Part shown: one piece after another, positions 38,754-51,689 of the stretch
Numbering within the stretch: the first letter of the stretch is position 1
Layout: every line of letters begins with the position of its first letter
Assembly (NCBI GenBank): GCA_030770535.1
Contig: JASVEC010000026.1
Span: forward strand, 682,001 to 746,000
Direction of reading: 5' to 3'
Source: Batkoa obscura
Lineage: Eukaryota
Length of the DNA: 64,000 bases
Notes under the pieces: generated by a model
The model's database searches: none
What the model was told of the DNA's origin: nothing
What the model saw: only the letters and a program-made list of their open reading frames with translations
Program-made: the position numbers and the translations under genes

Positions 38754-41700
38754 ATGAGTGAAAAAGATATTAGGTAGTTCCATTTTTATTTTATCATGAA
38801 CAATAAACTAAGAGTTCATCATAAGTGAATTTTTCCCAAACTTAAATAAAGTAGAAGAAGTGAAAGAAATCAAAGAGAATGAAAATCGAAAAAAGATTAA
38901 AGAGTTAATTAACAACAAAAAGGTTTCAAATGGTAGACAATCACCCGATGGAAAGAGGAAAAAATTAGGAAAAGCAAAAGTAGAGGAAGAAGAGGAAGGA
39001 ATCAAGAGTGAAATTAGCGAACAAAAAGAAGATTTAGACACCAAGGTTAAAGTAGAGTAGGTGATTCTTTCGATGAAAATTTGGATTATAATTGAACTTC
39101 ATTTCTAGAGTAAAAAAAGAAGAGATTAAATCAATTCCTACTAAACCTAAAGTAAAAAAAGAAATTCATCCTTTTTTTTTAAAACAACTTGAAGTTAAAA
39201 ATAATAAACCAAAGAAAGAAGTAGATTCAAGTCAGTAAGTTTAATTCCTTTTAAATGTTCGATGATAATCTCAATAATTTAGCAGTGTTACGCCAGTTAA
39301 AAAAGAGAATGAAGATATTTCAGCAGCAGAAAAAATAGCCAATATTAAATTGGAAGATACTGATGTTAAATTAAAAGACGAAAGGTAAACAATAATGAAT
39401 TTAAGAATAATAAATATATATTAACATACTTTTTAATTTAATTTTAGCTTAGTTAATCTAAATTATAGTCAACTTTGTGATATCTTTGAAAAAATCGAAG
39501 CTAATCCAAAACGGTAAAATAACAAGTCAAATACATTATCATAACTACGATTAATATTAACCAAACCTGTTATTTTAGTTTAGAAAAAATCAGTATATTA
39601 ACTAAATTTTTTCTACAAATATTAAAATCCAAGTCCAATAATGAAAAAGAAATGTCTGTTATTGTAATGTGTATTTATCTTTGTATTAATAGAGTATGAG
39701 TTATTATTTTAATTATAATAAAATAATAAAAATTAATTACAATTCAATTTAGATTGCACCTGAATACGCTGGGTTAGAATTAGGTATTGGTGAACAAGTA
39801 TTAATTAAAGCAGTGGTGGAAGCGACAGGTACAAGTAGTTTGAAAATTAAAGAAAGATTAGTTAAAGTTGAGGATCTTGGAGAAATTGCACAAGTAATTC
39901 AAATTCCATAAAATTCTAGAATGATAATATTAATCAAATTTCATTAGGAATTTCGTAGTACTCAAAAAACAATATTTCAACCCAAGCCATTAAGTTTACC
40001 TTTTGTATTTAATACTTTAAAAGAAATTGCACAAATTACGGGACGTTCAGTTAGGATTTTTTTAAAATTTAATGGATTTTAATTATTAACTTTGATTTTC
40101 CTTTCATTTTAGTCCATGAATCAAAAAATCGGTAAAATTAAACATATGTTAATTTCATGTCAAGGTAAAGAAGCTAAATATCTTATAAGGTAATTCTTTT
40201 AAAAATAATTTATTTATTTAATAATATTAATTTAATAAAATAAATTGAATTTAAAGATCCCTTGAAGGTAAACTACGTATTGGTTTAGCTGAAAAAACAG
40301 TATTAGTATCATTGGCTCAAGCTTCTGTTTTGTATAGAAATGGTAATTGAAACTATTATATTTATTATAATAATTTGAATTTATTCTATATTAAATAGGC
40401 ACATCCAATAAAGAACATTTAATTAAAGAGTTAGAAGAAGCATCTGAAGCGGTTAAAACAGCTTACTCAGAATTACCTAATTATGAATTAGTTGTACCTA
40501 TTTTAATTGAAAAAGGTTATGAACAATTAGCTCAACATTGTAAATTAGTTCCTGGTAATATTTATTAATTTAAAAAATCAATTATACTTATATTTGTTAT
40601 ATTTATTAGGTATACCAATTAAACCAATGTTAGCTCATCCAACTAAAGGACTTGATGCTATATTTGAACGATTTACGAATAAAGATTTTATTTGTGAATA
40701 TAAATATGATGGTGAAAGAGCACAGGTAAATTGAATAATTGAAATAAATTAATAAATTAAATTAAATTAAAATATAATAGATTCATTTATTACCCAATGG
40801 AGAAGTGCATATCTATTCAAGAAATTCAGAAGATATGACTAGTAAATATCCAGATATTATTGTTAACGTTGGAAAAGTAAGTTGAACTAAATAACAAGAT
40901 AACATAAATAATTTATTAAATTGATTTTATTTATTTTTTTGAATTTTATCTTAGTTTAAAAAAGAAAATGTTCAATCTTTTGTAATGGACTGTGAAGCAG
41001 TAGCATGGGATAAAGAAGAAAAGAAGCTATTACCATTTCAAATATTAAGTACACGTAAAAGAAAAGATGTTAAAGAAGAAGATATTAAAGTTAAAGTAGT
41101 TATCTTTGGTTTTGATTTGCTTTATTTTAATGAAAAGGTAAATTAATATTATAACAATAATAGTGTTTCTATTTAACGTTATTTTTATTTTTATTTTTAT
41201 TTTTATTTTTATTTTTATTTTTATTTTTATTTTTATTTTTATTTTTATTTTTATTTTTATTTTTATTTAGTCTTTATTAAGAACTTCCCTTGATGAACGT
41301 AAACAATTATTAGTTGAAAATTTTAATGAATTAGATGGAATGTTTAACTTTGCTAAAAGTTTAATTACAAATGAAGTCGAAGATATACAAACCTTTTTAG
41401 ATAATAGTATTTCAGATCAATGTGAAGGTTTAATGGTTAAACTATTGAAAGGAGAAGAATCCAGTTATGAACCTTCAAAGAGATCACGTAATTGGTTAAA
41501 AGTAATTAATTATTAAACTATTAATTATTAATTTCAATAAAATTTGTGTTTTTAGGTTAAAAAAGATTATTTAACTGGTATTGGAGATTCAGTAGATTTA
41601 ACAGTAATTGGTGCTTATACTGGTAAAGGAAAAAGAACGGGGGTTTATGGTGGATATTTATTGGCTTGTTATGATAAGGATTTAGAACAGTATCAAAGTA

Positions 41701-41762
41701 TTTGTAAAGTAAGTTAATTTAATTAAAATGAGTATTTTAAAATAATTGTATTAGTTATACTC

Positions 41763-41808
<46 letters not shown>

Positions 41809-42391
41809 GATTGGTACTGGATTTTCTGAAGAAGTATTAAAAAATCAATTTACTGAATTACAAAAACATATTATACAAGCACCAAAATCTTACTATAATT
41901 ATGAGGAATCAAAAGGTCCTGATATTTGGTTTGAACCTGCTTTTGTAAGTAATTTTATTGATCTATTTTCTATAAAATTTATTTTATTATTTATTAGGTT
42001 TGGGAAGTTAAAGCAGCAGATCTTTCAATTTCTCCAGTTTATAAAGCAGCTATTGGTATTGTAAGTTATTTTATTTGATTATTTATTAATTTGATTTATT
42101 AATTCTATTTTTATTTTAAAATAATTAGCATGACGAAGAAAAAGGAATTTCATTAAGATTTCCAAGATTTGTACGTGTAAGAGAGGATAAAACACCTGAA
42201 AATTGTACTGATAGTAAACAGGTAAATATAAATAATAATAATAATTAGAATAATAATATATGTTTTATTTATCTATCTATTTATTTAATCACTTTTTATT
42301 TCAATAGATAGCTGAATTGTACCAAAAACAATCGGATTTATCCAATAAAAAACCAAATAAAGTGGATATTGATGATGAGGATATATATTAA
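38754..42391 (+). CDS. CDC9: ATP-dependent DNA ligase I (many short introns)
   Basis: [18 protein letters not shown] (active-site Lys), [28 protein letters not shown]. Confidence 0.95.
41180..41268. repeat. (TTTTTA)n microsatellite inside a ligase intron
   Basis: Tandem hexamer run reaching the acceptor AG. Confidence 0.9.
41765..41806. repeat. (TAA)14 microsatellite inside a ligase intron
   Basis: Run directly followed by the acceptor TAG. Confidence 0.9.
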
Positions 42392-42495
42392 ATAAATAAT
42401 ATAATATAATATAATATAATATAATATAATATAATATAATATAATATAAAATTATTATTTTAAAACGTAAATATATAATGTTTTTAATTTTTAAT

Positions 42496-43706
42496 TTATA
42501 GCTTTAAAGCTTCAAATTGAGTTAATCGATATTCCCAATAATTTTTACGTACTATATCTAAGGATAATAATTTATTACAATACTAAAATAAAAATAAATT
42601 AATAAATTATAAATTAAAACAATTAATAAACATTTTAAACTTACTTCAATCCCATTCAAAATAAATTCTTCTTTTTTATCATCATTTAATTTAATTAATT
42701 CATAATAAATATCCACATACCAACTATATAAATGTTTACTTTTAATCTTCTTATCCTCTAATATTTTAGCTACATTTAATAATTCAATTGCATACTTTTC
42801 ATTATAAAAGTACATCAACAAACCCTTTAAATAATTATAAGCTGCTTCATTAAAAGGAACCTTTTCCATTTTCTGTACAGTAAACTCAATTTCCCTTTCC
42901 ATTCCTTCCTTATCTAATTGTTTCTCTTGATTATTTGTTAATACAAAATATCTTTGATTCCAAGCAGAATTGTTACGAACATCTTTGATTAACATATCAT
43001 TGGTGTAACTTAATTCATTGGAAAATAAATTAAATTTTTTTATAACCCATTGACGATAACTCCAAGCATGAAAGTTTTTGTTATCATCTTCTAATACTAA
43101 ATTGATGAAGTCTTCTTCAGAGGAGGCATCGTTGAGGTTGGATAGAATGAATTGACGATGTTGCCTAAAAGAGAGAGGGTTAGTAAGTGTGGAGGGAAGG
43201 TGGAAAGAGGCACTAATAACTTACCATAACTGATAACATTTTGGATTTTCTTCTACTAAACGTTTTAAAAATTCTAATTCCTGATTTAAGTCCATATTTA
43301 ATGATTGGATTATTTTTTGACGATATAACCTATCAAGTAGAAATAAATTTTAATTTGCTTTTTTTTTAATATTATGAAAAAAAAAATAGAGTTACCAAAC
43401 AGTATAATGAGCAGGATTAAAATTAATAATAGTTTCAGTTAATTCTAATGCTCTTTCAGATACTTCTTTATTAATACTTATTGCACGGAAATAATCCATG
43501 GCATCCTTATCTGATATTAAAAAAAACATTAAATTCAGTTTTATTTTTTATTTTATGATAGTAATTAGTTATTTTATCTTACATTCAAAAGAATAATTAA
43601 TTGGTGCAATTGGATGATCCGCTTCTTTTTGTTGAACTGGGACAACGTCTTTCCATTCACTACGTTCGCTGTAAGGTATGTAATCGGTATCTTTAAAGTC
43701 TTCCAT
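42496..43706 (-). CDS. RAM2: Protein farnesyltransferase/geranylgeranyltransferase-I alpha subunit (multi-exon)
   Basis: YSERSEWKDVVPV, DAMDYFRA, PPTA repeats NPAHYTVW, KNFHAWSYRQW, DVRNNSAWNQRYF, terminal RKKYWEYR. Confidence 0.92.
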
Positions 43707-44412
43707 GGTTTTAGAATTGAGAAAGAAAATTGAAAAATATGACGTTCAAAAAAACTTATTTTTAGAAAAAATAAGAAACTGTTTAAAAAATTGAAATTGA
43801 TTAAAAATTGAAATAAAAGGGCTGATAATATTATAAGTTCTAATAAATATATATATCTTATGATTTTATTTAATATAATTAAACTAAAATCCCATTTTAG
43901 TTTAATGTTAACTTACTTTTATCTATATAAATAAAAGTTACCTTTTATATTATCATCAATTTACTACTCTTTCATTTAAAGTTTTATCTAAGTTATTGAT
44001 CTTATCCAACAATAATATTTTACTTAATAATATTTACTGAAAATATTGGTCAATTATTGATAAGTTAAAAAGCTTTTTATTTTTAATAGAAAGAAGCTTT
44101 ATTTAAGGGAAGGAAGCTCAAGCTAGTATTATCAAAATAATCAAAGTTCAATAAAAGAGTCTATTAACATATAAAGACAGATATTGTTAATAATGACTAG
44201 CTAATAAAATCTTAATTTAATAGGATCATTTATGTATTATATTAATAACTCTATTTAATATTTTATTTATTGAAATTCAAATGTTGATTCCAAACTAATA
44301 TTGAATGAACCAATCACAATTATAACAAAATTCATTTTAAAATTTGCTATTTTTAAACAATTAAAAAAAATTATAAAATTTCGTCCTTTATTCAATTAAC
44401 TAATATATTAAA

Positions 44413-45258
44413 ATGAAAAAAGCATTAAATAAATATTTAAAAGAAGATGGGAGCCTCATGAGTATGGAAGAATTACGCCAGCGTCAGTTATCTAATCGAA
44501 AAAAAGAAGGCACAACTCATGACACTTCTCTGTTCCTTGATCGTAGTAAGTTACAATTCAACACTTCCATCAATCACAATGTCACCCTACCAAATCATCC
44601 TAATACATCATTACTTCATTCAACTTCTATATTACAATATAATCCCAATGAAACCATGTTAATAAAAGAAAAATTGTTTCAAAAAGTAGTACGAACGGAG
44701 ATTAAAAAAAGAAAATTAAATGCTGGTGGAGGTCGAAGTGTACTATTAGATGAAAGTAAAATGGATCAAAGTACTAGAAATTTTCATCATATATTAGGGT
44801 GTTTTGAAGAAGATAAAGGGCTTGGAATTACTTTACAAGAGTTGATGGATTCTGAAAAACTAAGAAAATTTGAAGGAGTGAATCCATTTGTTAGAGTGAT
44901 TAAAGGAGAGAGGGAAGAGAAAACGGGAAAGGAGAAGGAAGAGATGGAGTTTAGAAAACAATCTGGGTTTAAAGATTTTAGCGGTATTTTAAATAAACTG
45001 AAAGTAATGTGTATTAATCAAGAGATGGAAGTTGAGAAGATGGAGAATAAGGGGTTTACAAAGGAGGTTAGAAATAAGTTAAATTCGTTTGACATTGGGG
45101 AGAGAAATAATATTGAAGAAGAGAGCGAAGAAGAAACAATGAGCGAAGAGTTATTTGAAGAAAGCAATTTATCGGATGAATCTTTTTTTAAATTTGATAA
45201 TAGAAAAAAGAATAAAAAGAAGACAGAAGATAAAGTAAGATTTAAGTTAATTAGTTGA
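44413..45258 (+). CDS. Hypothetical charged protein (281 aa)
   Basis: Long ATG-initiated ORF with coding-like composition; no family recognised. Confidence 0.6.
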   Translation: MKKALNKYLKEDGSLMSMEELRQRQLSNRKKEGTTHDTSLFLDRSKLQFNTSINHNVTLPNHPNTSLLHSTSILQYNPNETMLIKEKLFQKVVRTEIKKRKLNAGGGRSVLLDESKMDQSTRNFHHILGCFEEDKGLGITLQELMDSEKLRKFEGVNPFVRVIKGEREEKTGKEKEEMEFRKQSGFKDFSGILNKLKVMCINQEMEVEKMENKGFTKEVRNKLNSFDIGERNNIEEESEEETMSEELFEESNLSDESFFKFDNRKKNKKKTEDKVRFKLIS

Positions 45259-45525
45259 GTATAAATATTTAAAAAAAAATTAGATAAAAGAAAGTAAAGA
45301 AGATATAAAAAAGAATGAGATAGGTGCTATTAATAATGTTATAATTCGTACTATTTTATTTATATATTTATTTAATATAGAAGTTAAAAGACAAAATTTT
45401 TTAAGTTTATATAATAAAACTAAAGAAAAAAATCATAAAGAGTTTAAAGTAAGTTCACAATCACTACCATTAAGAATCATAATACTAATTAATATCATAT
45501 TGTTATTATTGTTTTTATTCAATAG

Positions 45526-46688
45526 ATGTCCTCTACTTTTCCAATAGATTATATCTTACGTGAAGAAATCATATTAAAATTAGATTCCAATATTCAATTA
45601 TTTAATATTATTGACGAACAATTAATTACATTAGCAACTTATTATAAAACGGCATTGTTTAATAATCATAATATTAATAATAATAATAATCACCGCTACA
45701 TAAATTATAATGAATTAAATAAAGAGGTAAAAAAATATTTTTGTTATGATTATGAGAATAGATTTTGATAGAATTTTTTTATTCAGGCTTTATTATTAGC
45801 TTGTTTTATTAGTTATCAATATCCAAAAGAAGATATAAGTAATGAATTAGAAAAAGAAATGAATGGGATTTTATTAAAAAAAGAAAAAGAAAAACCAATT
45901 AATAAAATTGAAAATGAGTTGATGAAACAATTTAATAATATTAAAGAAGAATGGTAAGTTATAACATATATCTTCTATATAGAATAAAATATTAACAATT
46001 TATTTATTTTAAATAGGAAACAAAGTTTTAATGAATTAATAATGAAATTAAAAGTCCATTTATTAGACCATTTTTATTATATTACTGATGAAATGAGTAT
46101 ATTATTTTTAAATATTGATAATAATTGCAATGCAATTATTTTTAATTCTAATCAACAATTTCTAAATGATTTAAAATTAAGAGGTAAATATTTATTATAA
46201 GTTTATTTGAAATTAATGTTTTTAATATTTTTTGCATTTTCAGATATTTCTTTTGAAAAGTATAATACTAGTATGAGTTTAAAAAGTGAACGAAATGTGT
46301 TTATAAGGTAAGAAGAAAGTCAATTTAAAAAAGAAATTCAATAGTAATAATAATTGATATTTTTACTTTTATTTTTATTTTTAGTTTAAAAAAAGAAGAT
46401 CAACGAAAATATTTAGATTTAATAAGACAGCCAAAAAATAAAATAATTATTAAAGATATATTAAGGATTCAAAATTATATATTGGAATTAATGGAATATA
46501 ATAAATTTAATTTTAATACATTAAAATTAAAATTACCAAGGTTAATTTCAAATCAATATTTTATGAATGCTATGACAATAGTACCAAAGGTAAATAGCTA
46601 AATTTTTTAAAATTATACAATTTATTAATTATTATTTTAGGTTAAATTAATAAGTAATAACTTAGATAATATTAATAACATTTTGAGC

Positions 46689-46723
<35 letters not shown>

Positions 46724-47075
46724 TAATAATAATAATAATAATCGATATCAAACAATCAAATTGAATGGTATATTTCAATCTTTCCAATTGTTGTTATTTT
46801 TTAATATTTATTTAAAACAAATTTATTTAAAAATGAATTTTATAACAATAAATTATAAATTGCCAATACTTAATACTTTATTATTTAACATAAATCATAA
46901 CAATGATAATAATATAAATGATAACATAAAAGAAGTAGAAGATATTAATTTAAGATTTATTAATATACCATTAAATAATGAAGATATAATCAAATATCAT
47001 TTAATTAATAACAATAATAATAATGAATTAATTACTCAAATTAAATTATTCAATTATCGTTGGATTTATCAATAA
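45526..47075 (+). CDS. Hypothetical Asn-rich multi-exon protein (start uncertain)
   Basis: Series of open segments bounded by GT..AG introns; poly-Asn tracts. Confidence 0.45.
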
Positions 47076-48215
47076 ATATAGATGTTATTGGTTTTTTTAA
47101 AAATAAAGTTAATGTATAAGTAATAGATAGGAGTATATTAACTATACTATTATTATTTATATACATATAATTTAAAGTTGTTAAAAGTAAATAGACAGTA
47201 AGATTGAATAAATTGAAATTGAATAATTGGATTAAATTATATTTTTGATATTGCTGTTGTTGATTATTATCATTATTATTTAAATTGCTAGTAAAATAAA
47301 ATTGATAACCATCAAATTTATAACCATGATAAAAATAAGAATAGATTTTTCTGTTAATAGAAATCCACATTAATTCTATTATACTATTATCTTGTGGTGA
47401 GGATGTCATATATTTTTTTATACAATTAGTATCATTATATAATTTTGATAAATTGTTTCCATTATTTATCCAGCATTGTTGATATTTTTTGTAAAAAGAA
47501 GAGAGAATAGTCAAATTATTATTATTATTGTTATTTTGTTGTATTATTTTTTTTAATATTAATTGATTTAATTGATATTGAAAACCATTAGTACGATCAA
47601 TACAACTTTTACAATTTAATCGAAAATTTAGATTTAATAATTCATTTAATGAATAACTATAAAAATAAATAAATGAATTTAATATTATTAATAAACAAAT
47701 ATATATAATAAAATAAATTTAATTTACCTATTTAATTCTTCAATATAATTCTTAATTTCAAGATGATTTTTTAAATGAAAATAATTTAATTCTTTCTTAT
47801 TACAATAATCTTGATATTTTGCACTTAATATTTTTTCATTTCCATTATCTTTTAATAAATTAATTAGAATTAATTGCCTTCCATTTTTATGTATATTTTG
47901 AATGTGCTTTTCAAAAGCATTAAACTAAATAATAATTAATTTAATTAGTTTTTTCATTTACATTTATAAAACAATATTATAAATAAAATTAAAAATAAAA
48001 TTACCATTTTTGATTCATTGTTTTGAGTTAATTGAATACTATTGATAACTTCAAAATTATTTTGATACCAAAATAAAGGTACATGTCCTCTTATTGTTGA
48101 AAAATTATACTTTCTATTTTTATAATGTATAATCTGTTCAGTTTCAATAGTATTACTACAATTTCCTAATAAATCCATTCCTCGTTCAATTAATCGAATT
48201 CCTATATAATAATAA

Positions 48216-48246
<31 letters not shown>

Positions 48247-49233
48247 AGTTACTTGATTAGTTAATTATTTGATATAAATTACCTATCCTTTGATTACTTC
48301 TTTTTGATATTAAACAACAATTTAAAGTATTATCTTTATCAATTATTTCCGTTAAAATTTCAACGTCTTTTTTTAAAATTTATATTAATAAATTTATTAT
48401 TGAAATAAAACAAATAAACAAACTTACATCCAGAGATTATAATATTTGAAAAATTATGAAACTAACATAATAATTAATTAATTAATATTATTATGTGTTC
48501 TATTATATTAAAATAAGCTTACTTTCTCCCAACTAAAGTATTCCAATAATCCTTTATTAAACTGAAATTTGGATTGATACTAAAAAAAGTAACTTAAATA
48601 AACACAATTGAAATCTCATAATAATAATAAAAGCTTACCCCTTTTCCATTCATTCCACTTTTTAAGCCTTCACCAGTTAAATCACCATTTTCCAAATAGT
48701 AAAAGGATTCATTATTAATCATTAAATTAGTTGTAAATAATATATATTTATTAAACCAAGTTGATTTCATTAAAAATATAGTTTCTACTGAGGTTATTTT
48801 GTGAATGGTTTTGTTATCGAAGATTGGTAAGATTTCTATTGATTTTATAAGATAGAGTATAATGCCTAATAATTATTAACTTTTAATTAATTAATGTAAA
48901 AGGAATATAAGTTACCTTGGTTAAGAGTTATTATATTTATAATACCAAAATAGGGTTCAAAGGGATAAGTAGTAAGTAAAGATTGATATTCATTATCGGT
49001 TTTAATTTCTAAATATTAAAATTAATCTCCCTTTTTATAATAATTAATTAGTTAATTATTTGTTTTTCTTACTTTCAATATTTAGTTGATATTCTTTATC
49101 ATTGATTTCAATTTTTTCTTTTTGATCTTTTCCTAAGATTATTATTTGATTTAGGGTAGTATAACTATAAATCAAAATGATTAGAACTTGTAATTAATTG
49201 AATAGAGACAGTATAAGGTTACATGTGAATCAT
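47050..49233 (-). CDS. Divergent SAC-domain phosphoinositide phosphatase (SAC1-like), multi-exon
   Basis: LISKRS...GIRL..RGMD..GNCSN.IETEQI, IRGHVPLFWYQ, RLNCKSCIDRTN, WINNGN.LS.LY, two C-terminal hydrophobic segments. Confidence 0.78.
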
Positions 49234-49501
49234 TTTTGTAGGTATAATGAAGAAGTATAAAATATATAAAAAGAAATAATATATAGACAAAATTTGATTT
49301 CTATTATATTTCTATTAGTTTGATTGACGTCATTCTACCCTCCCCTTTTCTTTGAATGATTGACCCTATTTTAATTTTTACTGTTGTTTAAAAATAAACT
49401 TGAATTTATCCAATGACAAATAATTAAGCAATTTTTAAAAAATATCTCTTTATTCTTTATTCTTTATTCTTTATTTTTATTATTCTATTCAACTAATAAA
49501 A

Positions 49502-50639
49502 ATGTCCACACAATTATATTATAACTGGTTATCCGCTAGTAAGGTCAAATGTTATTTAGAATTTAATTTACCCAGTAAAGTAAGTCAATTTACCCTTGCC
49601 CCCATATCCCCTTTTATTAATTCTCATCATCTAGATCAACTTACCCTCTAATTATACTCCAAAATTATTAGATAAAGCAAACCAAGTAAGTTTCTATTTA
49701 AACTATTTAATATTTAAAAAAACAGAACTGATTGTATTGATTTTTATTTTCAGTTACATCTCGATTTCAGTTTAGAAAAAAGTATATTATCCAAACGTCA
49801 AGAGAAGGATTTTTCAAAGTCTAAAGGAACTTCAACATCAACAAGATCAACCCCAATACCTACAACTTCTCGCTCTCATGAGCAGAAACAAAATGATAAT
49901 ACAGAGGTAAGGTTTAGATTTAATGTTCAAAAGTAAAAAAAGTAAAACCTAGGATTAAATTTAATAATAATTTTAGTTAGTTTCGAGTTTAACGCAAGAT
50001 TTAGCTTCTATTAATTTATCCCCATCCGAAGAATTGGATATGAATTTAGAATTAAAAGCAATATTTACAAAATATAACGAGCCATCAACAAGTGGAAAGA
50101 ATGAATTAATAACTTCTGAAAATAACAATAACCGCGACATTAATAATAATCATAATGAATCCAATTTTCAAGATATTGATAAAACTTTAATTGATGGTAC
50201 AGAAGTCAATGAGAATTTAAGTAAAAATTACACAGGTGAATATACAAATGAGATTTCGGATTCATCACCTTCAACTTCTTCGGAACGAAACATTGGACAA
50301 AATTTTGAAAGTGGGAGTAATAGTGGGAATGGATATATTACTATTAATAGGGAAGATCTTAATGAATTGAATTTAGGAAATTATCAATTGCAACAACAAG
50401 GAGAATATGAACAATATCCATCCAATGAGTTTGACAATAATATGAAAAGCAATGGAGGCAAAAATAGGAGGAATGGTAACAATAGCAATAGTAGTCTTGA
50501 TAAATCGGAAGCAACCGTTGATCCCACGATTTATAATAAATTTTTAGACATGGGCTTTGAAAAAGAAAAAATAGAACAAGCTTTAATTAAGTTTAATAAC
50601 AGGGAAGAATTAGCCATTGATTATTTGTTATTAAGTTAG
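49502..50639 (+). CDS. UBA-domain protein, UBAP1-like (possible N-terminal UMA domain)
   Basis: C-terminal FLDMGFEKEKIEQAL...AIDYLL UBA; N-terminal Pro-containing segment ending DFSLEK. Confidence 0.65.
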
Positions 50640-51152
50640 ATAAGGTGGTGAAAGGGGCTTTGGATGATATTGTTTTTTGTGATTATTGAATAAAGGTTAT
50701 TTTTGTTATTTAGGCTTTATTTGTTTTATTTTAATTTTGACTTGATAGAGATGTTAAATTGTTTAATTTGATGTTATTCAAATAAAATGATTTATTTTGA
50801 TTAATATTTTTTAAACTCTATTACTTCTAATTCAATCTATTATTATATATTAATGAAAAACAATAAAATTGTTTAACTAGTATATATATTTATTATTAGT
50901 TATCAATTTATTTAAATATTATAAAATCAAATTATTATTACTTTTACAATTTCTATCAATTAATATATTAGTAAAATAAACTTTAAAAAAATATATTGTT
51001 TATCACTTACGCTATTCAGTATCTATGAATTTAATATATAATACAAATATATAACCTAATAACTCAAACTAAAGTAATAGTCTAAACCTAGACACTTGAT
51101 ATTTGATACTTGATACTTGAATCCTAAATAAGAGTGATGTATAACCTACAAT

Positions 51153-51165
51153 AAACTATATAAAC
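51153..51165 (+). promoter_or_regulatory. TATA element AAACTATATAAAC (identical copies at 53071-53083 and 54953-54965)
   Basis: Same 13-mer 32, 32 and 44 nt upstream of three consecutive secreted-protein ATGs. Confidence 0.65.
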
Positions 51166-51197
51166 CCATACCACTCAAAATCAACTCAGTAAAAAAG

Positions 51198-51689
51198 ATG
51201 AAATTCACTTTACTATTACCGTTTATTGCCACTTTAATTTGTGGTAATATAATTCCTATCTCATCCTCTGATAGTACTGAAAGCAATGATTTATTCCTTC
51301 AAAAGGTACCAATGGAACCTATCGTTTCCAACTTATTACTACAACCCAATCCTAGTTTGATTGAAGCGGATAAAGAACAATTAAATTCTTCACCAAGTAC
51401 CCCTGCTTTTGCTACCGAACCTTGGCGTAGAGGTGGATGGCGTGGAGGATGGAGAGGTGGACGTTGGGGTGGATGGAGAGGTGGACGTTGGGGTGGATGG
51501 AGAGGTGGACGTTGGGGTGGATGGAGAGGTGGACGTTGGGGTGGATGGAGAGGTGGACGTTGGGGTGGCGGCTACTATGGGGGTGGTGGTTATTATGGAG
51601 GTGGAGGCTACTATGGAGGCGGTGGCTACTATCGCGGAGGATGGAGAGGTGGACGTTGGGGTGGATGGAGAGGTGGACGTCGTTGGTAA
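51198..51689 (+). CDS. Secreted prepro-protein with (GGWRGGRW)n and (GGGGYY)n repeats
   Basis: Signal peptide, acidic pro-region, 88-aa tail made only of W/R/G/Y; 24-nt tandem repeat. Confidence 0.85.
   Translation: MKFTLLLPFIATLICGNIIPISSSDSTESNDLFLQKVPMEPIVSNLLLQPNPSLIEADKEQLNSSPSTPAFATEPWRRGGWRGGWRGGRWGGWRGGRWGGWRGGRWGGWRGGRWGGWRGGRWGGGYYGGGGYYGGGGYYGGGGYYRGGWRGGRWGGWRGGRRW

Noticed and set aside
30340..43706. Functional clustering of the CaaX-ending kinase with the prenyltransferase alpha gene
   Set aside because: Separated by 12 kb of unrelated housekeeping genes; proximity is likely chance
51444..51680. Regular 24-nt repeats as a possible CRISPR array
   Set aside because: No unique spacers, in-frame coding repeats, eukaryotic context
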